DNA of 61,616 nt, the filler included, from Squatina squatina (Eukaryota): assembly GCA_031763465.1 (NCBI GenBank). It is 3 parts of 3 records of this genome, joined end to end, with 100 filler letters (N's around TTAATTAATTAA, not from the genome) between each part and the next. Parts side by side here need not be neighbours in the genome. Positions count along the whole stretch, not along the records: positions 1 to 28,162 come from JARFOE010000115.1; 2 more parts are not named here. One strand, 5' to 3'. This document shows positions 1 through 11,632 of the stretch, in pieces. Positions within the stretch are counted from its first letter, which is position 1. Each line of letters opens with the position of its first letter. The notes beneath the pieces were generated by a model, which saw only the letters and a list, made by a program, of their open reading frames with translations, was not told where the DNA came from and made no database searches. The translations under genes were made by a program, and so were the position numbers.

Positions 1-2385
1 TCTACCCAGTCCCGGCTTCCAAAGAGCATCTGTGCTGCACCAGTTAACAGATCAGCTACACGGGCTTATCTGAATGAAGTTCGCATCGAGCTTTATATCA
101 CAGGGATCTTTTATTTTTAATTCTCTATTTTTATAACCCTATTTTTAACCCCAAAATAGTATTGCGCTTTTTAAAAAAAAGTTTTAACGACATGCACATT
201 TTCAGGGAAACATGTACTTTAACTCTTGTGAAACTGCAATCCTGTGGGGCTATCCTGCACAGCTCAGTAGCCATCACAAGTTCTGTTTTTGCTTTTAACA
301 GATGGTAAATTCTGATACTGTTTGAAGACTTTGGCTTTCAAACGGAGGTCCCAAGCAAGTTCACTGTTGAAAGAATTGCAATGCAGGAATATATAAAGCT
401 TTTTTCAGCCATTACATTAGTCTAAAGGCACCATTTGGCATTATAATGAAATCATCCACTGGTTAATCGACGCTGTACCATTTTAGCTCAAAACACAAGC
501 TTCTTCGGTATAAAATAAGTTCTAGAATGGCAGGTATTTCTCCTTGATAAAAATAACCAGGCAGATGCATTAACTACCTTTAAATTTATTCCACTATTAG
601 ACTGATCTTTACAAAGCAAGGTGACATGCTTTATTAACTGACAGGTCTAGTGATTCATCTCTTACCACACTAAATAAAGTCTATCAAATTTGTTTTAGTG
701 ACATTATTTAGGTCAAGTTTCCTCAGAGCTAATAGAAATCTGCGACAGCCATCAAGGACTAAGAACTGAAATATTAGCCACCTAACACGAGAGATTATTG
801 ACAAGCAGTCCAAAGATTGAGATTTTTTATGAATGTTCTTACAAAGGAGCAAGGGTTTTCCTTAATTGCAATAATGGCATTCCTTTGATACACCCATTTT
901 GTCAAATAATTTAAAAAGGCTTAACTGACTTTCATCATTCCACTAAACATTTACCAAACGAGAGAACGGTAGATTCCATCTTGATAAGAGATACTTTACC
1001 TTTACGAAAAAAATATGCAAATAATGTCACAAACTTTCAACATTCCTTCAAATTTGTACAAATATTAGCTGAGAATTAGTCACCTTGGCAGCCAGTCTAT
1101 TACATTGCTGTTCATTTAATGGGTTCGCTCCTTCAAAAATATAATCTCACTAGAGCCCTCCGAGTATTCTTTGTAATTATGTACAGGCACAAAATTAAAA
1201 AAGTGAATAAAATTACTCCAGCAATACTGCTTAAATACACGGGGTAAACATAAACGGGGAAAACAGAACTAGATCAGGCTTAAGCCACACCACCAAATAT
1301 GCACCATGGGTTTCAAAATAAAACTTTTCCAGTAATAACATTGGACTGTGGACCAAGGCAGTATAAAACAGGTCTTATGCTCATTCATAACCCACTTTCA
1401 ATTTTTGTAAAGACAGCATGACAGGCCAGCATTTCTAACCCTTAAAACAAGACGTGGGGCTCATTCCGAGAAAAGCAAATAACTAGAGGTAAATATCCCA
1501 AACTCAACTTTCTCGTGACCTTTCTCTCCCCACCCTTAAAGCAATCAATTGGATTTAAACTGCAGCTTAATAACTCAGCATTACAATCAACAATACTTTA
1601 CTAGGCCAATTTTAACTAAGACAAATTTACCATCAGCTCCAAATGAGTAAAATCATACTATTTCATGATGAATTGAATCATCCATGTGTACAATCTTCAC
1701 TCCTTCCTCATCAAATATTCACCTAGCTTCTTTTAAATGAATCAATTAGCATACTATCCACTGGTTTGGAGGCAACCTATTTGGCATAATGAGGAAGGGA
1801 AGAGTGAGGATTCTTCCTAATCTTGCTCCCATGTCCTCTAGTTCGCAGGTTACAGTTTCATGCAATAAACTGCTTATATCTACAATGTCCTTCTTTTACA
1901 TTAGGGTATTCAAACTTGTCATTTTTGAGATGCACACCACAGAGCCTCAGCTACAACTCAAGTTGAAGACCACATTCTCATTATTTTACATATAGCTCAA
2001 GCTGCTGATTCTATCAGTTTCTAGGTGACCAGATTTAGGATTTATTCACCAATAAGGCAGCTCTTTCCCAAAGCCACGAGACCCACAAAATTCAACAGAA
2101 CAGATCAGCAAACAAAAAAAATAGAAGCGCNNNNNNNNNNNNNNNNNNNNNNNNNNNNNNNNNNNNNNNNNNNNNNNNNNNNNNNNNNNNNNNNNNNNNN
2201 NNNNNNNNNNNNNNNNNNNNNNNNNNNNNNATCTGTCTTCACTTTGGCGGGCAGATGTAAGAATGTATTATTTTATCGTCACGCCATAATTCAGTTTCCT
2301 TCTTTAACCAAAAGACTGCATTTCAAACAAAAGAAAAAGTCATCCTTTCCTGAAATATGGTACGATCAGTAGAAAAGTAGCCAGT

Positions 2386-2574
2386 ACATAAATTGATCTT
2401 TAACCTGAAGCTGGCGTTACATTACAGATACTGGTCTCAGACCAATATCTGTATGTTGTGTTGCGCAGCCACCAAACTCATACGGCAACCCATTATCGGT
2501 TGCGATGAACTTAGCAACAAAGGGGAGTTGAATACATATCCTTGGGTGCAGGCGTACAGCTCCCCTCTCCCCAG
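2386..2574 (+). other. Candidate non-coding first exon with promoter-like context (possibly GREM2 by synteny)
   Basis: TATA-like TACATAAA near 2386 and a strong donor CCCAG|GTGAGC at 2574/2575. GREM2 normally lies convergent to FMN2, but no GREM2 coding exon is visible, so the identity is only inferred. Confidence 0.25.
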
Positions 2575-3519
2575 GTGAGCATTTTTAAATGCGAGGAGGA
2601 GCACTGTTTCTTCATTGCACTAAAAGTGTTCCGAATAAAGTTTTTTTTTGCTGTCGAAGGTGTCCAGGGCATCCAATTGGACATTTTGAAAACATGACTG
2701 AACTTACAACTGTAGTGCACTTTGGGAATTAGACGAGGACCCAGCAAGAGAATTATATTCTCAGTTTTATATTGACGCAGAGGTCCTGCACATTGGAAAC
2801 TTCAGATAATAAAAAGGGGCACCAACAACCACCTCATTTTCGTTAAGACAGACAATCTGATACTAATTCAAGACTTGGTTTGCAATTGTTCATTTTGTAC
2901 AAGAATCAACAAAATCTCAAAGCAGGAACCTTTTGGACACAATCCAATAGCCTGAGTATTTTTTAAAAAAAATCTGCATCAACTTTGCAAAAATCAAATT
3001 GATGTGGTTGTTTACAGGGATCCAAGTGCCTTTCATTTGGAGACATTTGTGCCAATAAACATTGATCTTACATAAATGCAATATGATATCCCTTTAGACT
3101 TGCATAGAACTCGAACTACTTTCAAAAAAAAGACAATTAGTTTTTCCAAACTGTACTGGTCCTGGAACAAAATTCCCAAACTGCACAAGTAGTTGTGCAT
3201 CTGCCTTACTCTGGCTCCCTCTTTTGGTGCTTGATGTCCAGTCCCCTCAAATCTGACCACAAGTCTTTTACTCCTTTATAAGGCTATCTGAAGTACCATG
3301 AGCTTTGAAGTGTATAATTTGTGGCTCCCTTGGTAACACAATCATATAAAGCATCCACTTCGAGACTCAGTTCATAGCTTTATAAAAAGGGAATCTAAAA
3401 AATACCCAGATATGAATATGCAAGGCTATTTATCCCAAAATTGGCCATTCTTTGAATGAGAGCAAAATAATCATTAAAAATGAAAGATGGGTTTCAACAC
3501 CCCATGCACNNNNNNNNNN

Positions 3520-4187
3520 ATAGAATCATAGAATGTCTGTGCTGGCTCGTTCAAAGAGCGATTCAATTGGCCCCACTCCCCTGCTCTTTCCCCACAGCCC
3601 TGCAATTTTTCCAACCTTCCAAGTATTCCAAGTTATTATTGAATCCGTTTCGTCCACCTTTTCAGGCAGTGCATTCCAGATCATAACTCGCTGCGTCAAA
3701 AAAAACTCATTTTGCCTCTGGTTCTTTTGCTAATTATCTTAAATCTGTGTCCTCTGCTTACTGACACATCTGCCATTGGAAACAGTGTCTCCTTGTTTAG
3801 CCATCAAAGCCATGATTGAACACTGCAATCAAATCGCCCCTTAACCTTCTCTGCTCCATGGAGAATAACCCCAGCTTCTCCAATCTATCCACATAATTGA
3901 AGCCCCTCATCCTTGGTACCATTCTAGTAAATTTCTGCACCCTCCCTAAATGCTTGACATCTTTCCTAACATGTGGTGTCCAGAATTGAACACAATACAC
4001 CAGCTGTAGCCGAACCAGTGACTTATAAAGTCACACCTTCCTGGCTTTTGTCCTCTATTTATAAAGCCAAGGGTCTCCCATGCTTTTTTGTTTTAAGCAG
4101 CCTTCTTAACTTGTCCTGCCATCTTCAAAGATTTGTGTACCCAGATCTACAGGTCTCTGTCCCCACACCCCATTTAAACTGGTGCCA
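3520..4187 (-). mobile_element. CR1 LINE 3' fragment
   Basis: Minus ORF YCVQFWTPH..LGRVQ..RLEKLGLFSMEQRRLRGDLI matches the CR1 ORF2 C-terminus; (ATAGAATC)n-type tail at 3520. Confidence 0.9.
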
Positions 4188-5094
4188 NNNNNNNNNNNNN
4201 NNNNNNNNNNNNNNNNNNNNNNNNNNNNNNNNNNNNNNNNNNNNNNNNNNNNNNNNNNNNNNNNNNNNNNNNNNNNNNNNNNNNNNNTATAGTCACTCAA
4301 TAAGTTTGTTCGGTCTTCCTTTCTTTCCCAGTTCAAATTAGCAAAATGTGCCAACGCAATGGCAAATGATACAAAAATGTCAGGGGTGGGGGGAGCGGAG
4401 AGTGGAGACAAGAATCCCAGAGTGGTAGGCACACTCATTTACTTTCAGCAAATTCATCAAAATTCATGCTCCAGCACTCCTTCAATGAGTGGGAATGTCA
4501 AAGAAAAAACATACAGTAGACAAGTTTCTAGTTGATTAAACTGAACTGACACAAAAGCATCAAGCTTTGATGGACATTTTACAGATGTCACTTCAAAATA
4601 TCAGCAAAGTAGAAGTGAACAAAATCAGTTCAGAGATTCCCCTTTACTCAATTACTGCTGATTAAACACAAGGTTGTTTGGAGGAAGAGGGCTTAAAGTT
4701 TGTTGCTTTTTGCATATAAAGTACATGTTCCTCAACATTGTGGCATGACTATGTGCAATTGTATATTTTTTGTTGCCTCAAAAATTTATCCAAGATCAGC
4801 AGGTTAATGGTACCCTGAAATTGTTAGCACAACAAAGATCAAGAGCACAAACCATAGCTTTTAGACCACAGACATTTTAAATGCTGTCAGAGTATACCTC
4901 CTTAGAATTTTCATATCCATGTAATTATTATATCTGGACAAACTTCAGAAAGCAAGGAAATCCTACACCTCTCAAATGATCAAACGCAAAATTTNNNNNN
5001 NNNNNNNNNNNNNNNNNNNNNNNNNNNNNNNNNNNNNNNNNNNNNNNNNNNNNNNNNNNNNNNNNNNNNNNNNNNNNNNNNNNNNNNNNNNNNN

Positions 5095-5185
5095 AATTTG
5101 GATGATCAGCCATGATCATATTGAATGGTGGAGCAGGCCCGAAGGGCCGAATGGCCTACTCCTGCTCCTATCTTCTATGTTTCTG
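5095..5185 (+). mobile_element. CR1 LINE 3' UTR/tail
   Basis: GATCAGCCATGATCATATTGAATGG..GGGCCGAATGGCCTACTCCTGCTCCTAT..TTCTATGTTT is a typical CR1 3' end. Confidence 0.85.
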
Positions 5186-5450
5186 TCCCTGGGATTGAAT
5201 CCTTCACCACAGTGAACAATCTACCTTGACCAATTTTGTCAGTTGACTTCATAATAATTTGTGTCACGACCTCTGAAGGAAAATATCCAAGCCTTGTACC
5301 AGTCTATTATGTTTCTTGAAAAAACCTGATTATGTAATCAAGTGTTCCAAGGGGTGGGAATACTCTCTGTTGGGACTACTCGCTTCTCCAGCCCTGGGAA
5401 GGATCCACTGTAGGTGAGACCATATGTACCAGAGACTCGGGACTGGGTGT

Positions 5451-5624
5451 GGGGGCAATTTTAACCTAACCCAACCATCGGGATACTGCCAAGATTGAGT
5501 TCAATGATTGTTTTACACCCCACCCGATCTTACTCTCTGTTGAAGTCAAGAAGAAGAATTTTGGGTGAGGTGTAAAAACCGCATTCCACCCAACCCGTGG
5601 AGGAGTTAGGGTAAAATTACTCCC
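5451..5624. mobile_element. ~175-bp palindromic MITE (Harbinger-like)
   Basis: Imperfect TIRs GGGGGCAATTTTAACCTAAC / GTTAGGGTAAAATTACTCCC, internal inverted repeat TTTTACACC..GGTGTAAAA, flanks TGT/TCT. Confidence 0.7.
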
Positions 5625-5778
5625 TCTGTGTGTGAGGTTCATGCACAAGCAATTTTTCCATTGTTGGCAAATTCATCCTATCATATAAAGACGGCAAAAT
5701 AACATCAGTGGTATATTTACCATAAAATTAAGAGGGAGCCAGGAGTCATATTCATGAGCTGAAGCTTGTGTGTCACCT

Positions 5779-6539
5779 CTATGAGGTAAACATCCAGTTC
5801 CTCCAGCTTTTCTTCAACCTCAGCAAAGCTAGGTCAACGTCTGCCTGTTTCATTTTACACACCATCTCCCTGTCATCCCACTTCGCATCCTTCCTCACTA
5901 CCAGCAGACTTGTGAAAATGTCTGGCAGCTTGCCTTCTGAACTAGTATAAGGAGAGGCGGTGTGGAACCAATTATTGTTCTTACAGTTATCAAGAAACTC
6001 ATTCTTTATGGCTGCCACATCAGCAATTTCCACTGCTGCTTCAGATACAACCTGAGCACACGGATTGATTGATGCAGAGCCAGCAATATCACTAGTGCGG
6101 CTTCTGCAGTCCAAAGTGGGTGGTGGCTGGCCCATTCGTTCTACCTTCACACCATTGTCTCTTACAATTGAAGCTGTTTCTTTCACATGACTGCCTACCA
6201 TCACCTCATAACCATCATTGTTGTTCAGTTCCAGGTCCCAGGCTTTTAACCGCTGTGTGGAGACCAAGTTTTGCAAAGCAGTTACTTCTGCTGCTCGTCC
6301 ACTCTCCTGCTGAAACTCAGCAGGTTTTGAAGAGGCCTTGCCCTTCTGTTCAGCTAAGCAAGAGTTTGAAACAGCATTTTCTGCCGCTTCCAATGCATTG
6401 TTCAGGATATCAGCCAAGTCCAGGCTATTGTCTGCCGTCTCACAGGACAGCTCAGTCTCACCTAGCATTTTATCACACACATCTGATGCTCCGTTATGAA
6501 CAGACATCCACAATTTTGTCGGGACTTGCAGAGTTTCAC
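5779..6539 (-). CDS. Large ORF/exon fragment resembling the formin-1 isoform-IV-specific exon, inside the FMN2 locus (5' part lost in gap, ends in TAG)
   Basis: About 250 open codons. 5815-5928 encodes LPDIFTSLLVVRKDAKWDDREMVCKMKQADVDLALLRL, which aligns without gaps to the recalled FMN1 isoform IV motif LPAFFSGLRVLKKGATAEGGETITEIKPKDGDLALLKL. Confidence 0.6.
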
Positions 6540-6639
6540 NNNNNNNNNNNNNNNNNNNNNNNNNNNNNNNNNNNNNNNNNNNNNNNNNNNNNNNNNNNNN
6601 NNNNNNNNNNNNNNNNNNNNNNNNNNNNNNNNNNNNNNN

Positions 6640-7930
6640 CATTGGAAGAAAAGTCAAATCCATTTTGTGAGAATGCCACATCACTCACAGGACCATTGCC
6701 CACCTTCAGGCGGTGTTCAGCAGCAGTTTCTATGGAAACCTGCCTCTCGTTTACTGCAGCCTCTAGACGCTCTGCATTTGCACTAAATCCGTTATATTTA
6801 GCTAAAGTGCTGTAAGGTTCCTCAGTTTTAGTCTCCGTCTCGTCCTGCTCCTGAAGGCTCTCGAGAGAGGCAAGGCTTCCTACCTTGCTGGCCTTTGATG
6901 AGACATGTTCCACATCAGGGACGTTTTCTTTGTTGTCAGTGCCCGCCAGGACTACAAATTGCTCAGTTTGCAGGAGGTTTTCAATTTCTTTCTCCCGTGT
7001 TTGCCGTTTCTCAGCAGCTGCGCTGATTGACCCCTGCTGCAGCTTAATGGCATGCTGAATATCAGAGAGCAAATCCTCATGTTCTGCAGCTGAATGAAAG
7101 CTGTAAATATCTGTATCCGAGCCAGAGCTAACCCTTTGTCCGTCCTGGAGCTCCGAAGCAGCTGGGAGGCTGTCGTTAGTGATGTCTAAATGCTCGGCTT
7201 CAGTGTCCGACAGGCCCCCTTCATCAGCAGAAATGCTTATATCCGGAGTCTTTGTAACCGAATGGATGCTGTCTAGTTCTTCAGTGGGCAGGGCCGGATT
7301 TTCCAATATATCATCCTTTGATCCGCCGGTGCCATTTTTACCCCGTGACAGCGGTTTTCTCTTCCTAATGGAGAAGACCGATCGAGAAGACTCAGATTTC
7401 TTCCGTCTGTTGCCGTCACTTCCCTTGCCGTGTTTAGCGTGTGTTTTCTTCCCTCCCGACCCTTTCTTTGTGCCATCGGTATCCTTGGGCCTAGCATCCT
7501 CCACGCATTCCTGCCCGTCCCCTCCAGCCTTTTTCAGCTTCCCGTCCTGGTTGCCCATGTTGCCGAACGGCCAAAAGCTCTTCGCCCTCAAGCCATGCTC
7601 AGCCTCCCGGGTCCTGTCCGGCAGTGCCGAGCCGTTCGCTGCTCCAGCTGTAGTCTTGGCACCTCCCGGAGAGGCAGGGAAAACAGCCGCTCGCTCGGTG
7701 CCGGAGATTCTCCCATCTGCTGTTGCAATCTTTTTGCATAATGTGGTCCCCTCCTCTGGGACATGCTCAGTGCAGTCAGTGCTTCTGCACGGGCTGTGAA
7801 CAAACAGCCTGGCAGCTTTCCCCACACAAGGGGTGAAGCACTTCTCGGTGATGTTGTCAGTCAGTCTCTCCACTGTGTGAATGGCTTTCATAGTGGAGTC
7901 GGCATTTCTTTTAAAGAAGAGAAAATCCAT
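6640..7930 (-). CDS. FMN2: Formin-2, first coding exon (3' part lost in gap); canonical [12 protein letters not shown] at 7558, upstream in-frame ATGs at 7891 and 7930
   Basis: FMN2 motifs [41 protein letters not shown] and [22 protein letters not shown]. Acceptor (T/C)n-CCAG just before 7990. Same strand as and next to CHRM3, as in other vertebrates. Confidence 0.93.
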
Positions 7931-8606
7931 CAGATGAGGTCAGAGGCACAGGTCTACCAGCTGAAGCTTTGAAATACTGCAATTGTTCTCCTGGAAGAAA
8001 GAAAAAAAAGAGGGGGTGGTGGAAAAGGATTAATTACACACTGCAGAATTAGTTTAAAAATAGAAAAGATAAAAATGCATCTGTAGTTTCTGTTCCCTTA
8101 GAAACAGATTGCAGCCCACAAGGATACAGGATCCCCAGGGAGATAAAAAAAAACAGGCTGCTGAGACGCCCCTCAAACAAAATCAATGGATTAGAAGCAT
8201 CCTTGTCGGTCTTACTGAAAGACCGATTGGTGCTCATCCTTTTGCTTGCACCCGATGACACCAAAAGCTAACATTAAGCAAATGTTATAGCTTTGCTGAG
8301 GCTGTACATTTCCACCTGGTGTTTGACGACAAAGACTTTCCATAGATGCTAACTGCAAATAATAAATCCACTTGATTTTATGACAGGATTACTCCTGCAA
8401 GGTAAAAGCATGTCCTCACATTTAAGAGTGTGCATTAAATTTCTATATGCATGCATTATATTGTAGGAAGCAAGTCAGAATATCAAAGCTTTCAGTTCAA
8501 AATCCTTGTCTTTGACCACAAATTCCTCCTTAGCTCACTTCACCCTACTTCTGCAGCCTCGTCCAGCCCTACAGCGGATCTTGCATTCTCTAGTCCTCCG
8601 AATCTG

Positions 8607-8740
8607 GGCTATTGTGGTCTCCTCTACATAGGGGAGCCCAAACGTAGATTGGGTGACCGCTTAGCAGAACACCTCCGTTCAGTCCGCAAGCGTGATCCCG
8701 AACTTCCAGTCGCCTGTCACTTTAATTCTCCACATCACTC
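8607..8740 (+). mobile_element. Penelope-like element, GIY-YIG endonuclease fragment
   Basis: Translation CGLLYIGEPKRRLGDRLAEHLRSVRKRDPELPVACHFNSPHH (YIG..R..R..EH motif). Confidence 0.88.
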
Positions 8741-8980
8741 NNNNNNNNNNNNNNNNNNNNNNNNNNNNNNNNNNNNNNNNNNNNNNNNNNNNNNNNNNNN
8801 NNNNNNNNNNNNNNNNNNNNNNNNNNNNNNNNNNNNNNNNATGTAAACACCATCCGACACATAATACAAAAGCAGCGTATACTTCAGCCGTGTGCTCACA
8901 ACACTGATAGCCTGTATGCTCTTGACCAAAGCAGTTAATTGGTACCAAACAGAAACAATCACAATCTGATAAATATAGCT

Positions 8981-10556
8981 TCAGGAAGCCTCACAAGGAA
9001 TTCTTTTATGGAAAACAACAGCTTGTCTTGGTTGATACTGTTGTCTGCGCCTTTTTCTCTTTTCCCATTGACAAAGCAGTAACATTTTGAAAGTGTTTCT
9101 GAAGGTTTTGTTGCACAGTGCATAGCACATGGGATTCACAGTGCTGTTGACATAGCACAACCAATAGCCTAGGCGCCACAGTGCTTCACGAATGCATTTG
9201 TCACAAAATGTGTTTACCAGTACCATTATGTTATAAGGTGTCCACGTGATAATAAAGGCAAGTAAAATTGCACTGAGTGTCTGCGCAGCCTTTTTTTCTT
9301 TTACAAGTGACATTCTTTTGCGCTTTGTAGTCTGACTTCTTGTCTTCGAGGCAAATGCTTTAGCAATTGTGGCTTCTCTGAAAGACAAAGGCATAGACGT
9401 GGATGACCTTGCTTAAGATGCAATTCCTCCAGAAGTCTTTGAAGGATGGATTGATGGCATTGACTGAACAGGAAGCTTGCCAAAATGCTGGTGGAAGCTA
9501 TTGCCTTGCTCATCTGAGTCTTTGAACTGTTGTGATCTGAATTTTCTTTCCTTTTCATTAACATCTGCTTTGGCAAGTTCATCACTGCAAAGATCCATGT
9601 TATCTACATTTGTGGATTTAGATAGGCTGGCAGCTGTCTTAAGCCCAGGTAGGTTTAACACAATGGAGTAAATTGCTCTTGTTTCTGATACTGCATCATC
9701 CTCATCAGATGAAGCTGAATGATCCAAAGAGCCACCACCATCATTGTTGTTCCAACTATCACTGCTGCTTGGCTCTTGTTCACCCTCAGTGCTAGCCCTC
9801 CATGTTTTTGTGGTTGGCCAAAAGTGGCACCTTCCATGCCGTCTTCTATCTTTCATTCCTGCCCGCTGCAGTTCGTTGCTGCTGCAACTCCTGGAACTGC
9901 CTGTTTGAGGAACAAAGTGTGTGGTTTCCATGTCACTGGTAGAGGCCTGGAGAGCTGCCAGTTCTTTGGTGCGTTTCTCAGTTTCCTTGTAGATTCTCCA
10001 GTATAGGATTGTCATGATGGTGACAGGCAAGTAAAATGCAGCAATGGCAGTACCAAAAGTAATTATTGGTTCAGATAAAAACTGTATGGAGCATTCATCG
10101 GGCGACACAGTTCTTTCACCAACAAAATATTGCCAGAACAAAATGGCAGGGGCCCAGAGTATAAATGAGACTATCCAAGCCAGGCCAATCATTATTCCAG
10201 CTCTTTTGGGCGTTCGTTTAGCTCTGTAGGTGAGTGGTCGTGTAATTGATAAGTATCTGTCAAAACTTATAACTAGAAGATTCATGACAGAGGCATTGCT
10301 GGCAACATAGTCAATGGCAAGCCAAAGGTCACATGCTACGTTGCCTAAAGCCCATCTGTCCATTATGATGTACGTCGTGTACAGGTTCATTGAGATCACT
10401 CCAATTATCACATCTGCAAAGGCGAGACTTAGAAGAAAGTAATTGTTCACTGTTTTTAATTGTTTGTTCACCTTAAATGCAACCATAACAAGAATGTTTC
10501 CTATGATCGTCACCAAGGAGAGTATTCCTGTGAAGAATGCAATCAAAACAACTTGC
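8981..10556 (-). CDS. CHRM3: Muscarinic acetylcholine receptor M3, intronless CDS (N-terminus in gap), interrupted by an in-frame TAA at 9413-9415; possible pseudogene or sequence error
   Basis: TM1-TM5 (GNILV, LAFAD, DYVASN, DRY, AAFYLP) and TM6-TM7 ([22 protein letters not shown]) lie in one frame. M3-type i3 and C-tail ([21 protein letters not shown]). FMN2 synteny. Confidence 0.93.
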
Positions 10557-10656
10557 NNNNNNNNNNNNNNNNNNNNNNNNNNNNNNNNNNNNNNNNNNNN
10601 NNNNNNNNNNNNNNNNNNNNNNNNNNNNNNNNNNNNNNNNNNNNNNNNNNNNNNNN

Positions 10657-10935
10657 AGATAAAAATAGATAAAGAAGAGGTACAAGAAAGGTTGGCAGTA
10701 ATTAAAGTGAATAAGTCAGCTGGTCCAGATGGGAAGCATCCTAGGTTGCTGAGGAAAGTAAGGGTGGAAATTGCGGAGTCTCTGGCCACAATCTTCCAAT
10801 ACTCCTTAGATTCAGGGCTGGTGCCAGAGGATTGGAGGTTTGTAAATATTATAGCCTTGTTCAAAAAAGGTGAGAAAGCTAAACCTGGCAATTACATGCC
10901 AGTTAGTTCAATGTCAGTGATGTGGAAGTATTTAA
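10657..10935 (+). mobile_element. CR1 LINE ORF2 fragment
   Basis: KSAGPDGKHPRLL..SLDSGLVPEDWR..LFKKGEK..PGNY.PVS, the region upstream of the RT core. Confidence 0.9.
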
Positions 10936-11396
10936 AAATTAATAGCCTCAAGTACAAAATGCACAACAAATCAATATTTAATATACTGTTAGGGGCATGC
11001 GTCATGTTTACGTCAGCTTAATAACTGTGCACTCCATCAAAAGAATATGGCTCCCAACAAAGCAAGTATCTACAGTTTAAATGAGTATAATCAGGTGATC
11101 AGTACAAGATTACATTTTTATTTGTTCACTGTTGCACAGTTTCCTCAAACAGAGATTAATGAATCACAAGGTCAGGCAACTCATGTGCACTAGCAGACAA
11201 TTCAACAGCATTTCATAAAGCCTGGGAATCGGTTTGCCTGGTCATCTTGTCAATCAGGAAATGGTGTATTGCACAAAAGTTGGGTCTCTAAGTGGTNNNN
11301 NNNNNNNNNNNNNNNNNNNNNNNNNNNNNNNNNNNNNNNNNNNNNNNNNNNNNNNNNNNNNNNNNNNNNNNNNNNNNNNNNNNNNNNNNNNNNNNN

Positions 11397-11508
11397 CCTT
11401 GATGTCTTTAGTGTCTAAAAATCTATCTATCTCCTTCTTGAATATACTCAGTGACCCGGCCTCCACAGCCTTCAGTGGTAGAGAATTCCACAGGTTCACC
11501 ACCCTCCA
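11397..11508 (-). mobile_element. CR1 LINE 3' fragment
   Basis: Minus translation VNLWNSLPLKAVEAGSLSIFKKEIDRFL. Confidence 0.88.
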
Positions 11509-11632
11509 AATTAGCTATCGTGTTTCCTACATTACAAAAGTGACTACACTCCAAAAGTACTTCATTGGCTGTAAAGTTCTTTGAGCTGTCCGGTGGTCGT
11601 AAAGGCGCTTTATAATTCCAAATCTTTCTTTC
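11509..11632 (+). mobile_element. Deu-SINE 3' tail (L2-derived)
   Basis: GTGACTACACTCCAAAAGTACTTCATTGGCTGTAAAG..AAAGGCGCTTTATAA; nearly the same sequence occurs at 58980-59075. Confidence 0.8.

Noticed and set aside
1-2130. 3'UTR of RGS7 or GREM2
   Set aside because: AT-rich and repeat-poor, but no coding anchor is visible.
6120-7827. Antisense and alternative-frame ORFs over FMN2
   Set aside because: Shadow ORFs of coding sequence with no recognisable motifs.
5779-7930. One continuous FMN2 exon across the 6540-6639 gap
   Set aside because: The gap is unsized and the left ORF resembles a different formin exon; continuity cannot be shown.
9301-9585. Frameshift explanation for the two CHRM3 ORFs
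   Set aside because: 9412 minus 9394 is 18, so both ORFs share a frame; the break is a stop codon.
9413-10891. 492-aa ORF read as a GPCR with a novel N-terminus
   Set aside because: The N-terminal part is antisense CR1 joined to CHRM3 through an N gap.
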